Below, piece by piece: positions 48,401 to 55,848 of a DNA stretch of 64,000 bases. Every line of letters begins with the position of its first letter. The stretch's first letter is position 1. Both the position numbers and the translations under genes were made by a program. The stretch comes from a virus, in IMG/VR virus record IMGVR_UViG_3300001847_000440, one strand, 5' to 3'. The notes under the pieces were generated by a model. The model saw only the letters and a list, made by a program, of their open reading frames with translations, was not told the DNA's origin and searched no databases.

Positions 48401-50093
48401 AATAATACTGCATTGTAACATGTACATAGTCATCTGTCATCCACATCAATTCATAATACTGACCTGCTACTACATTTAATAAGTAGTTCCAACCAGCTAT
48501 TACATGTCCCTCATTACCTGCACCAGCAGCTTTTCTAGCAGGTATAGATATTAGACCATCTGTACCTGATACATCAGATCCATTTAACCGTAACCAGATA
48601 TTTATATCATGTTGGGCATTATCAGTATTTTGAAACTGGGAAGAGAACTGAATATTATAAACACCTGTATATGCAAATGTTATTCTTGTAGGATTACCAC
48701 TTCCATTATTTGCAATAGAAACCCCATTGGGAGTAATATCTGCAGTATGGAACATCATTGCATATGCTGTATTATTAGCAGCAGCAGTTTGTGTATTATC
48801 ATCTTGCCAAGCTCCATAATAACCAAGTGGTGTAGGAGTAGCTGTATTAGTAAGTGTTGTACCAGACAAAGTAAGACCACTGCCAACTGTTATTTCTTGT
48901 ACAGGTGTAGTAGTAGAAGAAGAACCAAGAAGTTTAGAAGTAGTAGACACTGCTTGCATCTTGGCATAGGTAACTGCATTGTTTGCTATTGTTGCAGCAA
49001 CACTACCAGGGCCTGTAGCAGTTACATCTCCTGTAAGAGCTGTTATGTAACTGCCGGCAGCTTGTTTGTTGTTAAATGTATTCCAATCTGTGGAAGACAA
49101 ATAACCATTTGTTGAAGTAGTAGCCTGAGTTATACTAAATGCTCCTGTTGTATTGTTGTAAGAAAGAGGGGCACTTGCAGAAAGAGATGTCAGTGATATA
49201 CCACCCAGTCCTGCTAAAGTATATGTAGGTACATTTAAAACATTTGAAATAAATGTTGCACTACCAGAAGAACCAGTAGTTGTTAAACTTATTGAAGCCT
49301 GCTTACTATTAAAAGTAGTCCAGTCTGTAGAAGATAAGTATCCAGATTGAGTAGCAGATGACTGCTTTACCTGGATAGAAGTACCTGATCCTACAACAGC
49401 TCCTGTACCACCAGTTATAGTAAGTATAGAGCTTGTAGCTTCTGTAAGGTTTCCTGTTGCTACAGTACCTGTATTACTAATAGTAAAACTTGGATAAGTA
49501 CCAGTTACAGATATACCTGTACCTGCAGTTAATACCACAGTTTGGTCTGGTTTACTATTGGTAATAGTAAAACTAGGATATGTTCCTGATGTAGTAATAC
49601 CTGTTCCAGCAGTTAAAACAACTGTCTGATCAGGAGCAGTATTTGTTACAGTTATAGTCCCGGAAGTAGTTATTGGGTTAGTACCGGATAAAGATATTCC
49701 TGTGCCGGCAGATAATTGAACTGAAGTTACTGTACCCGTACCTTTATTATTAAAAGTTGTCCAGTCAGTAGATGACAAATAACCATCTGTAGAACTGGTT
49801 GCTTGACTAATTCCTATTGTACCTGAAGTAGTAATAGTTCCTCCTGTAAGAGGAGATGCAGCAACAATTGAAGTAACAGTACCTGTACCTATGGCATTAT
49901 GCCACATTCCATTAGAGTACCATTTCAAAGTGTTACTTGATGTTTCTACTGCAATAAGACCATCTCTTATAAGAGTAGTCATTGAACTTGCAGCAGGTAT
50001 AGTAGTATAGGCAGGTACAGCTAAAGCAGAGGTAAAATCTCCTCTTTGCCAGGCTTCACCATAGTTGTATATTGTTATATAATTCTGTGGCAT
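45483..50093 (-). CDS. Long modular tail fibre (1536 aa)
   Basis: T/G/S-rich with repeated fibre modules: GYLSSTDWxTFNxK x4, TDNGxDKLQV x4, LFWDNTNKRLGIGT x2. Confidence 0.85.
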   Translation of the reverse strand: MPQNYITIYNYGEAWQRGDFTSALAVPAYTTIPAASSMTTLIRDGLIAVETSSNTLKWYSNGMWHNAIGTGTVTSIVAASPLTGGTITTSGTIGISQATSSTDGYLSSTDWTTFNNKGTGTVTSVQLSAGTGISLSGTNPITTSGTITVTNTAPDQTVVLTAGTGITTSGTYPSFTITNSKPDQTVVLTAGTGISVTGTYPSFTISNTGTVATGNLTEATSSILTITGGTGAVVGSGTSIQVKQSSATQSGYLSSTDWTTFNSKQASISLTTTGSSGSATFISNVLNVPTYTLAGLGGISLTSLSASAPLSYNNTTGAFSITQATTSTNGYLSSTDWNTFNNKQAAGSYITALTGDVTATGPGSVAATIANNAVTYAKMQAVSTTSKLLGSSSTTTPVQEITVGSGLTLSGTTLTNTATPTPLGYYGAWQDDNTQTAAANNTAYAMMFHTADITPNGVSIANNGSGNPTRITFAYTGVYNIQFSSQFQNTDNAQHDINIWLRLNGSDVSGTDGLISIPARKAAGAGNEGHVIAGWNYLLNVVAGQYYELMWMTDDYVHVTMQYYSAGSPPPSAASVILTVTQQSGIMAGTGITSINSLTGATQTLSTGTTGTDFAISSAGTTHTFNLPVASATNTGKLSSTDWSTFNSKQSALTFSTGLTNTAGTVTANLSTGVAGGQTVIGGTAATDLLTFKTTTGNQTTGNAFVFKGGNNGANTLSTISSNGYLNLQCITSNVSGVTGGGVEIQPWGNNYGLDYLGIQAKTANSGISVYFKPSSGTLTYPYNFAFDGGSAGTQLLVIGHTANKAHQFVVDNSSTAGSPWDLTFGAAGNNSGWSTANKTVVIKAGAASNLLYLSSNVLINTGTDNGVDKLQVNGSISATSIGLTGLTAGSVPFITGSGTLAQDNSNLFWDNTNKRLGIGTASPSQKLTINGGGIFIQGAVNADFSLRTGTGTGYWDFATENATGRFTIYDAVNTSNPVYIYPTTSNNCLVISSAGKVGINQSSPAAQLTVAGTTLINTNTDNGTDKLQVSGSANISTNLTVGGLTAGSVPFVGASGLISQDNTKLFWDNTNKRLGIGTNSPTYPFHLSGSVAGGTGLNLLVQNSDSTGCGQFVLQNDSSVYAGVTLYGSAYAVTGLRNSFSFQGQKGVVLLSNSGVASGGTDVIKLITGGYNNNPTITITSGNPGNVLIATTTDNGVDKLQVNGSAYINGTLNLPVNTPSISTGTNTRFTINEPGGGPPSDTGFVAQFSSGNNTRNMLFAFTKTGVTTNYFGTDGTNYILGAEKTTADFIFAKGLSYSSSNILASGTTILTLKGSTGNLLLNTTTDNGTDKLQVNGTVISGVAGTTQGSLKVAGSTSGTVTITTSAAAGTWTLTLPNSGGTSGYLLQTNGSGSTTWAATTGTSGSVVLATGAALTDPSLTVSTPTTTSVGYLGLPQNIKNTNYTTVMSDSGKHIYHSDAIAYTWTIDSNVNVAYPIGTTLTFVNDGAGAITIAITSDTLQFGSSTGSRTLAQYGMATAVKVTSTKWYINGNAQLT
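46081..47505 (-). repeat. Four dispersed (L/I)xTxTDNG(V/T)DKLQV(N/S)G repeats in the tail fibre
   Basis: Copies near 46081-46120, 46481-46520, 47001-47040 and 47468-47505, similar at DNA level (gtttacttgtagtttatct). Confidence 0.85.
48150..49790 (-). repeat. Four G(Y/K)LSSTDWxTFNxK repeats in the tail fibre
   Basis: Copies near 48150-48190, 49068-49110, 49305-49350 and 49750-49790. Confidence 0.85.
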
Positions 50094-50635
50094 TAGTATA
50101 CTAAAATTTCATACAGTTCACCTGTGTTAAACAATCTTCCTATAAGTGTTATTGTACCTGTAGTTGAGTCATAGAAGTAGTCACCAGGGCCAGCTAAAGA
50201 AGCTGATATAGCAAGTGGCCCACTGCCTTGTAATGAAAGAGCAATAGCATGCCCAGCTATACTTGGTATAACAAATACATTTGAACCATTAGTAGGACCT
50301 CCTATACTTCCCACAATAAACTGCAATACAGTTATCACAGTTTGAGGTACAACTATAGGTGCACCATAAACTCCTGACTCTTCACTTGCATTGTAGCAGT
50401 TATCATTACCTTCAGCACTACAATCACACCCCATGTATATATTTAAAAGAACTTCTTTTTGATCACAGAGTATGTCATAGTAGTCAAGGTCAACTGGCTC
50501 CTTAAAACCAAATATATCATTCTTATACTGGGCAGTTGCCAGCATACCAATCTGTTCATCTATCTGATCTAACTGATCATTGTAACCATTACTGTTTAGG
50601 TTGTTGGTTGACAATAAGGGTACTATTAACTGCAT
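50093..50635 (-). CDS. Tail hub/fibre-attachment protein (180 aa)
   Basis: Coupled to the fibre gene (TAATG); Cys cluster CDC...C; C-terminal beta domain. Confidence 0.55.
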   Translation of the reverse strand: MQLIVPLLSTNNLNSNGYNDQLDQIDEQIGMLATAQYKNDIFGFKEPVDLDYYDILCDQKEVLLNIYMGCDCSAEGNDNCYNASEESGVYGAPIVVPQTVITVLQFIVGSIGGPTNGSNVFVIPSIAGHAIALSLQGSGPLAISASLAGPGDYFYDSTTGTITLIGRLFNTGELYEILVY

Positions 50636-50765
50636 TTGTATTAGATTGAGTAGTTACTTGATTTCTGTTTAGATGACATGAAGGACACATTCCTTGTATC
50701 ATTTGACATTGCCTCATATAAACTTGGCAACTTGGGTTACTGCATTTTACATTTCCACATCCCAT
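50589..50765 (-). CDS. Small Cys-rich/Zn-finger-like protein (58 aa, not in ORF track)
   Basis: Hand translation MGCGNVKCSNPSCQVYMRQCQMIQGMCPSCHLNRNQ...; ATG 3 nt after the previous stop; overlaps the next gene by 47 nt. Confidence 0.6.
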   Translation of the reverse strand: MGCGNVKCSNPSCQVYMRQCQMIQGMCPSCHLNRNQVTTQSNTNAVNSTLIVNQQPKQ

Positions 50766-50768
50766 ATA

Positions 50769-51371
50769 CTAACAATTACAACTTGTCCAGATATTACTAC
50801 CATTGTATTTTGCTTTAGGATATTTGCATCCCAGCTTGTCCAACATAGTATTTGCTTTGGTATAATACTCAAATGACTTTTGGTAGTTACCGGCATTACA
50901 CTCTACAACTGAGCCATCTATGTACAGTTTAATTCTCCTAAGCTCTTGCCAGTATTTATTCTCTGCATAGTTGTCACAGATACAATCAATCTTCAGCTTC
51001 TTAAAAGCATTCTGATACTTGCATCTAATGTGGTCTACTTTAATAAACTTTTGGTTTAAAATAGTAGTTGTAAAAGTTTGGCCAGGGGCCGGGTACACTG
51101 TATAGATAATACTGTATATGCCATCCGGAAGTGGAGTGCATGCAGTAGACCCACAACTTATACCAATATCTGCACACTTATAAATATTTACTGTAAGTGG
51201 TTGGAATGGTACATTTATAGTTGGGTATCCAGGTGGTGTTATTTGCATAGCTAGATATGCAGACCCAGGTAAAGATACATAGGTACTTAAATCAGAGATT
51301 GCAATAACATTTTCATTCCTGAGATCTATACAGGACAATTCAAGAATCGGTAGTACTTCTATGTATCCCAT
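50769..51371 (-). CDS. Tail hub-like structural protein (200 aa)
   Basis: DLSTY...ITPPGY...LPDGIYSIIYTV...; Cys-rich; synteny with crAss-like hub genes. Confidence 0.6.
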   Translation of the reverse strand: MGYIEVLPILELSCIDLRNENVIAISDLSTYVSLPGSAYLAMQITPPGYPTINVPFQPLTVNIYKCADIGISCGSTACTPLPDGIYSIIYTVYPAPGQTFTTTILNQKFIKVDHIRCKYQNAFKKLKIDCICDNYAENKYWQELRRIKLYIDGSVVECNAGNYQKSFEYYTKANTMLDKLGCKYPKAKYNGSNIWTSCNC

Positions 51372-51375
51372 ATAA

Positions 51376-51810
51376 TTATTTTATAGCTCGGTTACTAACC
51401 CAACCAAAGAAGAATTTCTTATTGGTTGGTTTTTTCTCACAAATCTTTGCATAGTACTTAACAGTGTTCAGCTGTTTGTTAGCCATGTAAATTTTGTGCT
51501 TTACTTTTTTACACTCAGTTTTGTAATAGGAACAACTATCCGGCTGGCTATATGACAACTGAATAGTACCCTGAATAGGAGTAGTAAGAATCAGTGTTAC
51601 TGTTTCAAAAAATACTTTCTTTTCAGCAGGTTTTTTCTTGGCACTGGCAATACAAGTTTTTATTTTCTTGATTTGCATGTCTGCCTTATACAGTTTTTCC
51701 ATTGACTTAGCCAGCTGCATCTTGTAAACAAGACAGCTATCCATTGGACTTTGTGCCTGGGCACCTGTAGTAGTAATTACTAATAAAAGTAGGAACAGTA
51801 TTTTTTTCAT
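51376..51810 (-). CDS. Exported protein (144 aa) with signal peptide and duplicated motif resembling the GH108 C-terminal peptidoglycan-binding helix
   Basis: MKKILFLLLLVITTTGAQA|Q signal; C-terminus VKYYAKICEKKPTNKKFFFGWVSNR. Confidence 0.7.
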   Translation of the reverse strand: MKKILFLLLLVITTTGAQAQSPMDSCLVYKMQLAKSMEKLYKADMQIKKIKTCIASAKKKPAEKKVFFETVTLILTTPIQGTIQLSYSQPDSCSYYKTECKKVKHKIYMANKQLNTVKYYAKICEKKPTNKKFFFGWVSNRAIK

Positions 51811-52241
51811 TATGCTTCGTTGTTTTGGTTCAGAATGTTAAGTGTTGAGCTATCCATTTTACCTGTCTCAGGTATATCCAAAGACCTTTGGCACAGGACT
51901 ACTGCTTGATGGATTCCCATATTCACAGCAGAGTCAAACAGATCTGCAGCTACTTCTTGATTAAAGATTTCATCTCCCATAACCTTGTCCCAAAACTGTT
52001 GCTTATAAAAAACATGACAGTCTGTTTCTAACCCAGGTATCTCAGCTTCTGTAAAGATGTGCCCGGTTTTTGGTTGTCCATGTGTAGCTACCCATGCAGC
52101 AAGTTTGGCCCAGCCAGCCCAGTTAGGAAAGTTCTTCTTGGTAATACCTCTATAGGTATATCCACCTGCATCTGCCGGATCATTAACAAAACCACCCTCT
52201 GCTTTGAGAGTATCTACAACTGCTTCTTTAAAATTTGCCAT
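51810..52241 (-). CDS. Endolysin, glycoside hydrolase family 108 (143 aa)
   Basis: EGGFVNDPADAGGYTYRGIT catalytic motif; FYKQQFWD; LFDSAVNMG. Confidence 0.92.
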   Translation of the reverse strand: MANFKEAVVDTLKAEGGFVNDPADAGGYTYRGITKKNFPNWAGWAKLAAWVATHGQPKTGHIFTEAEIPGLETDCHVFYKQQFWDKVMGDEIFNQEVAADLFDSAVNMGIHQAVVLCQRSLDIPETGKMDSSTLNILNQNNEA

Positions 52242-52251
52242 TTTATGTTAT

Positions 52252-52956
52252 TTACTTTTTAAAATAGTATGTGTGCACCATGTCAGCAGCTATTCCCAAA
52301 ACAGCTACTATTAACCCACCTTCTATAAAAGACCTGGTTGAGTTGTACTTTGTTCTTTTTTCTTCCCTCTCCAGCTTTTCTTTCAGGTCTTCCATTCTCA
52401 TCTCTACAGTAGTCTTGTAAAGATCAGCTTTATTCTGAACATCATTTCTTGTCATGTCTAACCTGATTTTGTCTAAAACTAACCGGTCATTCATTGCTTT
52501 AATAGTATCCCCCAGGGCCTGGTTTTTTTGAAGCAGTATTGTGTTTCTATCAGACAAGATTTTTATATCAGCTTCATAATCCCGGTTCTTTACCCATACT
52601 GCATTACTGAAGTCTGAGAGAAAGCTATTGGATTCTGTTAGTGTGTCAATCTTTTTCTTGGCATTCTTTATGTCCTCTTTGAACATCAAGAACTTCTTGT
52701 TCATATCCTTACCCTGTTGTACTGTCATAACAACTACAGTATCTCCGTTATCCAGTACTTTAGTCATTGGGTACTGGGAAGGAGCTGCAGGTGGGATGGG
52801 TATGAGCTGTTGGTTTGTTACAGGTGCAGCAGTAGGTGTAACACTACTCGTCACTGCTGGTACCTGGTTTACCGTTGTCTGGCTCATTGACTGGCAATAA
52901 GTTGAAGTGCTTATTAACACGAACAACAGTGTCACCAAGTTTTGCTTTGAGTTCAT
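52252..52956 (-). CDS. Envelope protein: signal peptide, coiled coil, C-terminal TM (spanin-like candidate)
   Basis: LVTLLFVLISTSTYC|Q; C-terminal GGLIVAVLGIAADMV; overlaps the upstream lipoprotein gene by 113 nt. Confidence 0.55.
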   Translation of the reverse strand: MNSKQNLVTLLFVLISTSTYCQSMSQTTVNQVPAVTSSVTPTAAPVTNQQLIPIPPAAPSQYPMTKVLDNGDTVVVMTVQQGKDMNKKFLMFKEDIKNAKKKIDTLTESNSFLSDFSNAVWVKNRDYEADIKILSDRNTILLQKNQALGDTIKAMNDRLVLDKIRLDMTRNDVQNKADLYKTTVEMRMEDLKEKLEREEKRTKYNSTRSFIEGGLIVAVLGIAADMVHTYYFKK

Positions 52957-53215
52957 TGTTTTCCTTTTTAAGTACTACTACTTCATTATGCAATACTTCA
53001 ATTTTCTTGACAGTCTTTTCTACTTTCGTGGAGATTGTTGAATCACTTTTCTGATTTGCTCTTCCAACTGAAGTAATATTGCTTTTGCTTTTAATAAGAA
53101 CTGAGTCAAGTTTTTCATATTTATCTTTTACTGCAGTAGCAGAAAAATCACTAGGGTTATTACAAGCAATCATTACGATTGTAGAAATATATATTACGGT
53201 CTTTATAACTTTCAT
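52844..53215 (-). CDS. Lipoprotein, coiled coil (o-spanin-like candidate)
   Basis: MKVIKTVIYISTIVMIA|C lipobox. Confidence 0.65.
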   Translation of the reverse strand: MKVIKTVIYISTIVMIACNNPSDFSATAVKDKYEKLDSVLIKSKSNITSVGRANQKSDSTISTKVEKTVKKIEVLHNEVVVLKKENNELKAKLGDTVVRVNKHFNLLPVNEPDNGKPGTSSDE

Positions 53216-53216
53216 A

Positions 53217-53558
53217 CTATTTTATCTTACCAAGTTGTTGAAGCAAAGCTATTTTGGACTCAGCAGCTGCCAGGGTACTATCAGATACTCTTAACTGATT
53301 TACCACCTTATCTACCTTATCTTCAAGTACCTGTATCTTTTTACCTTGGCTGTCTATTTGCTTGGTGTAGTTCATCTTACCATCCACATACAAATAACCA
53401 ATGGCCATCAGTACTATAAAGAGCAACCCTTTTACCGGGTCTTTACTAAAGTCCTTGAAGCTGATGGGCATCATAGATGGGGCTTTAACTGCTACTGATT
53501 TAGAACCAGCAGCAGCTTTCAACCCTTGTTTAACACCTGTGCCTTTAGCTGTTGCCAT
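53217..53558 (-). CDS. Single-TM coiled-coil protein (i-spanin or holin accessory candidate)
   Basis: GLLFIVLMAIGYLYV followed by heptads. Confidence 0.55.
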   Translation of the reverse strand: MATAKGTGVKQGLKAAAGSKSVAVKAPSMMPISFKDFSKDPVKGLLFIVLMAIGYLYVDGKMNYTKQIDSQGKKIQVLEDKVDKVVNQLRVSDSTLAAAESKIALLQQLGKIK

Positions 53559-53818
53559 TAAGCTTCAGATTTAGTTTCTTTATCAGAAGGAGCTTTTTTG
53601 GTGAACTTATCCACTGTATCAGCACCCATACCTACAACAGTTATGATCATGACTGCATTAACCAGCTCAGGGGCCGGCTTAATGTCACCATGACTATAAC
53701 TATTCAAAAGAGTAGTAACACTTAGGAATAGACATCCTATGAGGGCTACAACTGGCTTAATAGAGGTAACACCTCTCTCATCCTTAAAAAGGTCAATTAA
53801 CCATGCTTTAAAGTTCAT
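53558..53818 (-). CDS. Holin candidate (86 aa, 2 TM)
   Basis: Two hydrophobic helices and a charged C-terminus; first gene of the lysis cassette. Confidence 0.65.
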   Translation of the reverse strand: MNFKAWLIDLFKDERGVTSIKPVVALIGCLFLSVTTLLNSYSHGDIKPAPELVNAVMIITVVGMGADTVDKFTKKAPSDKETKSEA

Positions 53819-53840
53819 AAAAAGATTTTTATTTATTTAT

Positions 53841-53883
53841 AAAAAAGGGGAATTGGGATCATATCATACCCCAATCCCCCTTT
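53841..53883 (-). terminator. Intrinsic terminator ending the capsid operon
   Basis: On the minus strand an imperfect stem AAAGGGGGATTGGGG/CCCAATTCCCCTTT followed by a T-run, ~30 nt after the stop at 53915. Confidence 0.8.
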
Positions 53884-53914
53884 GTATTGTATTACTAACC
53901 CCTACAATCTTTTA

Positions 53915-55066
53915 TTACGGTGCTACGTTAGTAGTAGTTGTAGTAGTAGTAGAACTTGTAGAACTACTTGTACTAGTTGAACTTGTAGATGTAGCTGACT
54001 CACTATCAGGTGAACCGAGGAATGCTGTAAGAATAGCTGGTATACTTGCTGCAGCAGTACCACCAGAGGCATCTGTTGGAATAGCAATTATAACAGTTTC
54101 ATCCATCCTGGTTGTAGCTACATCCCTACCAGTGGCTTGTGGTTGCCAGAACCTGATATAGTACAGATCATAAGCAGCACTACCATCAGCATAAGTCTGG
54201 AACTCACCATTGTAGTTTACGTTGCTGAAGATGTGCTTGTACTCTGCTTGGTAAGACCAGAAATCTTTTTCAAGCTGCTGAATTTCAGCTACAGTATTCT
54301 GTGGATAGTTTGCCCTCTGCAAAATAGAAACTGTACCATAAGTGTTACAGTAGTCCTGTACTTCGTAATCTGTAGTAAGGTTTGGACCTTCCATCAAATA
54401 TGTCCAGAAGTACATACGGTCATATTGGTAAGGGAAGTTGGTCAAATCCGGAGAAGTACCCTGTCCATAAGTCTGGAGAGTTTTACCAACTATTACCATA
54501 GATGTTGCATATCCACCTGAGACAGTATCTATACCGGCAGTTACAAACTGACTGAGGATTGGGTCATTGTTAATGGCCTGTGCCAGTCCTTCATATACAG
54601 TATCATACTGTGCTGCAGTAAGTGTATCACAAGGATTGGCACCACATGAGCAGCAAGGAGCAGTAACCATAACTGTCCTTGTAAGGGAGTTATGATAAGC
54701 AGCCCGAATATAGAATGAATCAAGTCGGATAGTTATGGAAAAATCCTGTTGACACTGCAGACTCAAACCACTAATTCTAGTTACCTGAGTATTGGCAGTA
54801 GCACCACCGGCTACTTTGTACCACTCAATAACATTAGAAGCATAGATGAAGTCTGACTTCCTTGTTCCCTCAAATGCACTAGATATGTTTCTTCCCTGAG
54901 CAAGGTAGATATACTTTGCACTACCAACATTTGATGTTGTTGCTACTGTGTTATCAGGTAAGAAGATACCAATCTGGCCAGAGGTTAAGTTTTGGGTAGA
55001 TCCTGTAGTAGGAACTGAACCTGCTTTAGCAGATATAAATAAACTGGTTAATGAAAAATCTGACAT
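53915..55066 (-). CDS. Auxiliary capsid (decoration) protein (383 aa) with Ser/Thr-rich tail
   Basis: Size and position (third gene after MCP) match crAss-like auxiliary capsid proteins; C-terminus SESATSTSSTSTSSSTSSTTTTTTTNVAP. Confidence 0.65.
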   Translation of the reverse strand: MSDFSLTSLFISAKAGSVPTTGSTQNLTSGQIGIFLPDNTVATTSNVGSAKYIYLAQGRNISSAFEGTRKSDFIYASNVIEWYKVAGGATANTQVTRISGLSLQCQQDFSITIRLDSFYIRAAYHNSLTRTVMVTAPCCSCGANPCDTLTAAQYDTVYEGLAQAINNDPILSQFVTAGIDTVSGGYATSMVIVGKTLQTYGQGTSPDLTNFPYQYDRMYFWTYLMEGPNLTTDYEVQDYCNTYGTVSILQRANYPQNTVAEIQQLEKDFWSYQAEYKHIFSNVNYNGEFQTYADGSAAYDLYYIRFWQPQATGRDVATTRMDETVIIAIPTDASGGTAAASIPAILTAFLGSPDSESATSTSSTSTSSSTSSTTTTTTTNVAP

Positions 55067-55110
55067 CTTGTTTTATTTTTAAGTTCTAAAATTTATTTTT
55101 TTATTTGTAA

Positions 55111-55839
55111 TTATTCATTCTCTTTTGCTCTTACCCTACTGTATTGTGACAATTCCTGGTTAGAAGTAGCATCAGCATATTCTGCTATAGCTATGTCAAG
55201 CAGTTCATCCTCTAAATAACTTTCCAGCTCACAATCTTGGTTTACAGATGGAGTACCATTCAAATGAATGTACCCGGCTACATCTATGTCTTTTGGATAT
55301 CTAAGGTACGAAATATATAAGTCAGTTACAGTAAAACTATTTTCAGGATCACTGTATATACTTATAGTATCCTCAGATATCTCACCAAGAGTTTCCTGGT
55401 ATTTAAAACTAGGCTGGTAGTGAGGTGATTTCAATAACATACGTATATCTGCATGCTTCATGATATCTATAACATCCAGTATCCTGTCTTTGCAATTACC
55501 TTTTGAAGCAAGAACATATGCAGTTATTGGTATAACCATGTCATACTTCATAGCAGAGAACGGTACTGTATAGCTATGTAGAAGGTCCCCAGGTGCAGCA
55601 GTTAGTGATAGTTTCTCGTATTTGATTTGAAGATTTTGTAGGTCTTCATATCTCTTTGCAAAAGAATCTAACCCTAACTGATACACATTGTTGACATCTA
55701 CTTTCCTCAGTATCAGTTTTGTCTGAGCCTTATTTAAAAGATCTACTTTTGTTTCATTAGGTATGAACTGCCCTCTTAGATTGCTTAACCTATTTGCCTT
55801 AGTATCAAATGAGAATAATAAATCTAGAACTGGTATCAT
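55111..55839 (-). CDS. Tail ring/head-tail adaptor protein (242 aa)
   Basis: LLNKAQ...RYEDLQNL; YLRYPKDI; CEL...LEDELLDIAI. Confidence 0.75.
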   Translation of the reverse strand: MIPVLDLLFSFDTKANRLSNLRGQFIPNETKVDLLNKAQTKLILRKVDVNNVYQLGLDSFAKRYEDLQNLQIKYEKLSLTAAPGDLLHSYTVPFSAMKYDMVIPITAYVLASKGNCKDRILDVIDIMKHADIRMLLKSPHYQPSFKYQETLGEISEDTISIYSDPENSFTVTDLYISYLRYPKDIDVAGYIHLNGTPSVNQDCELESYLEDELLDIAIAEYADATSNQELSQYSRVRAKENE

Positions 55840-55848
55840 ACATAACTA

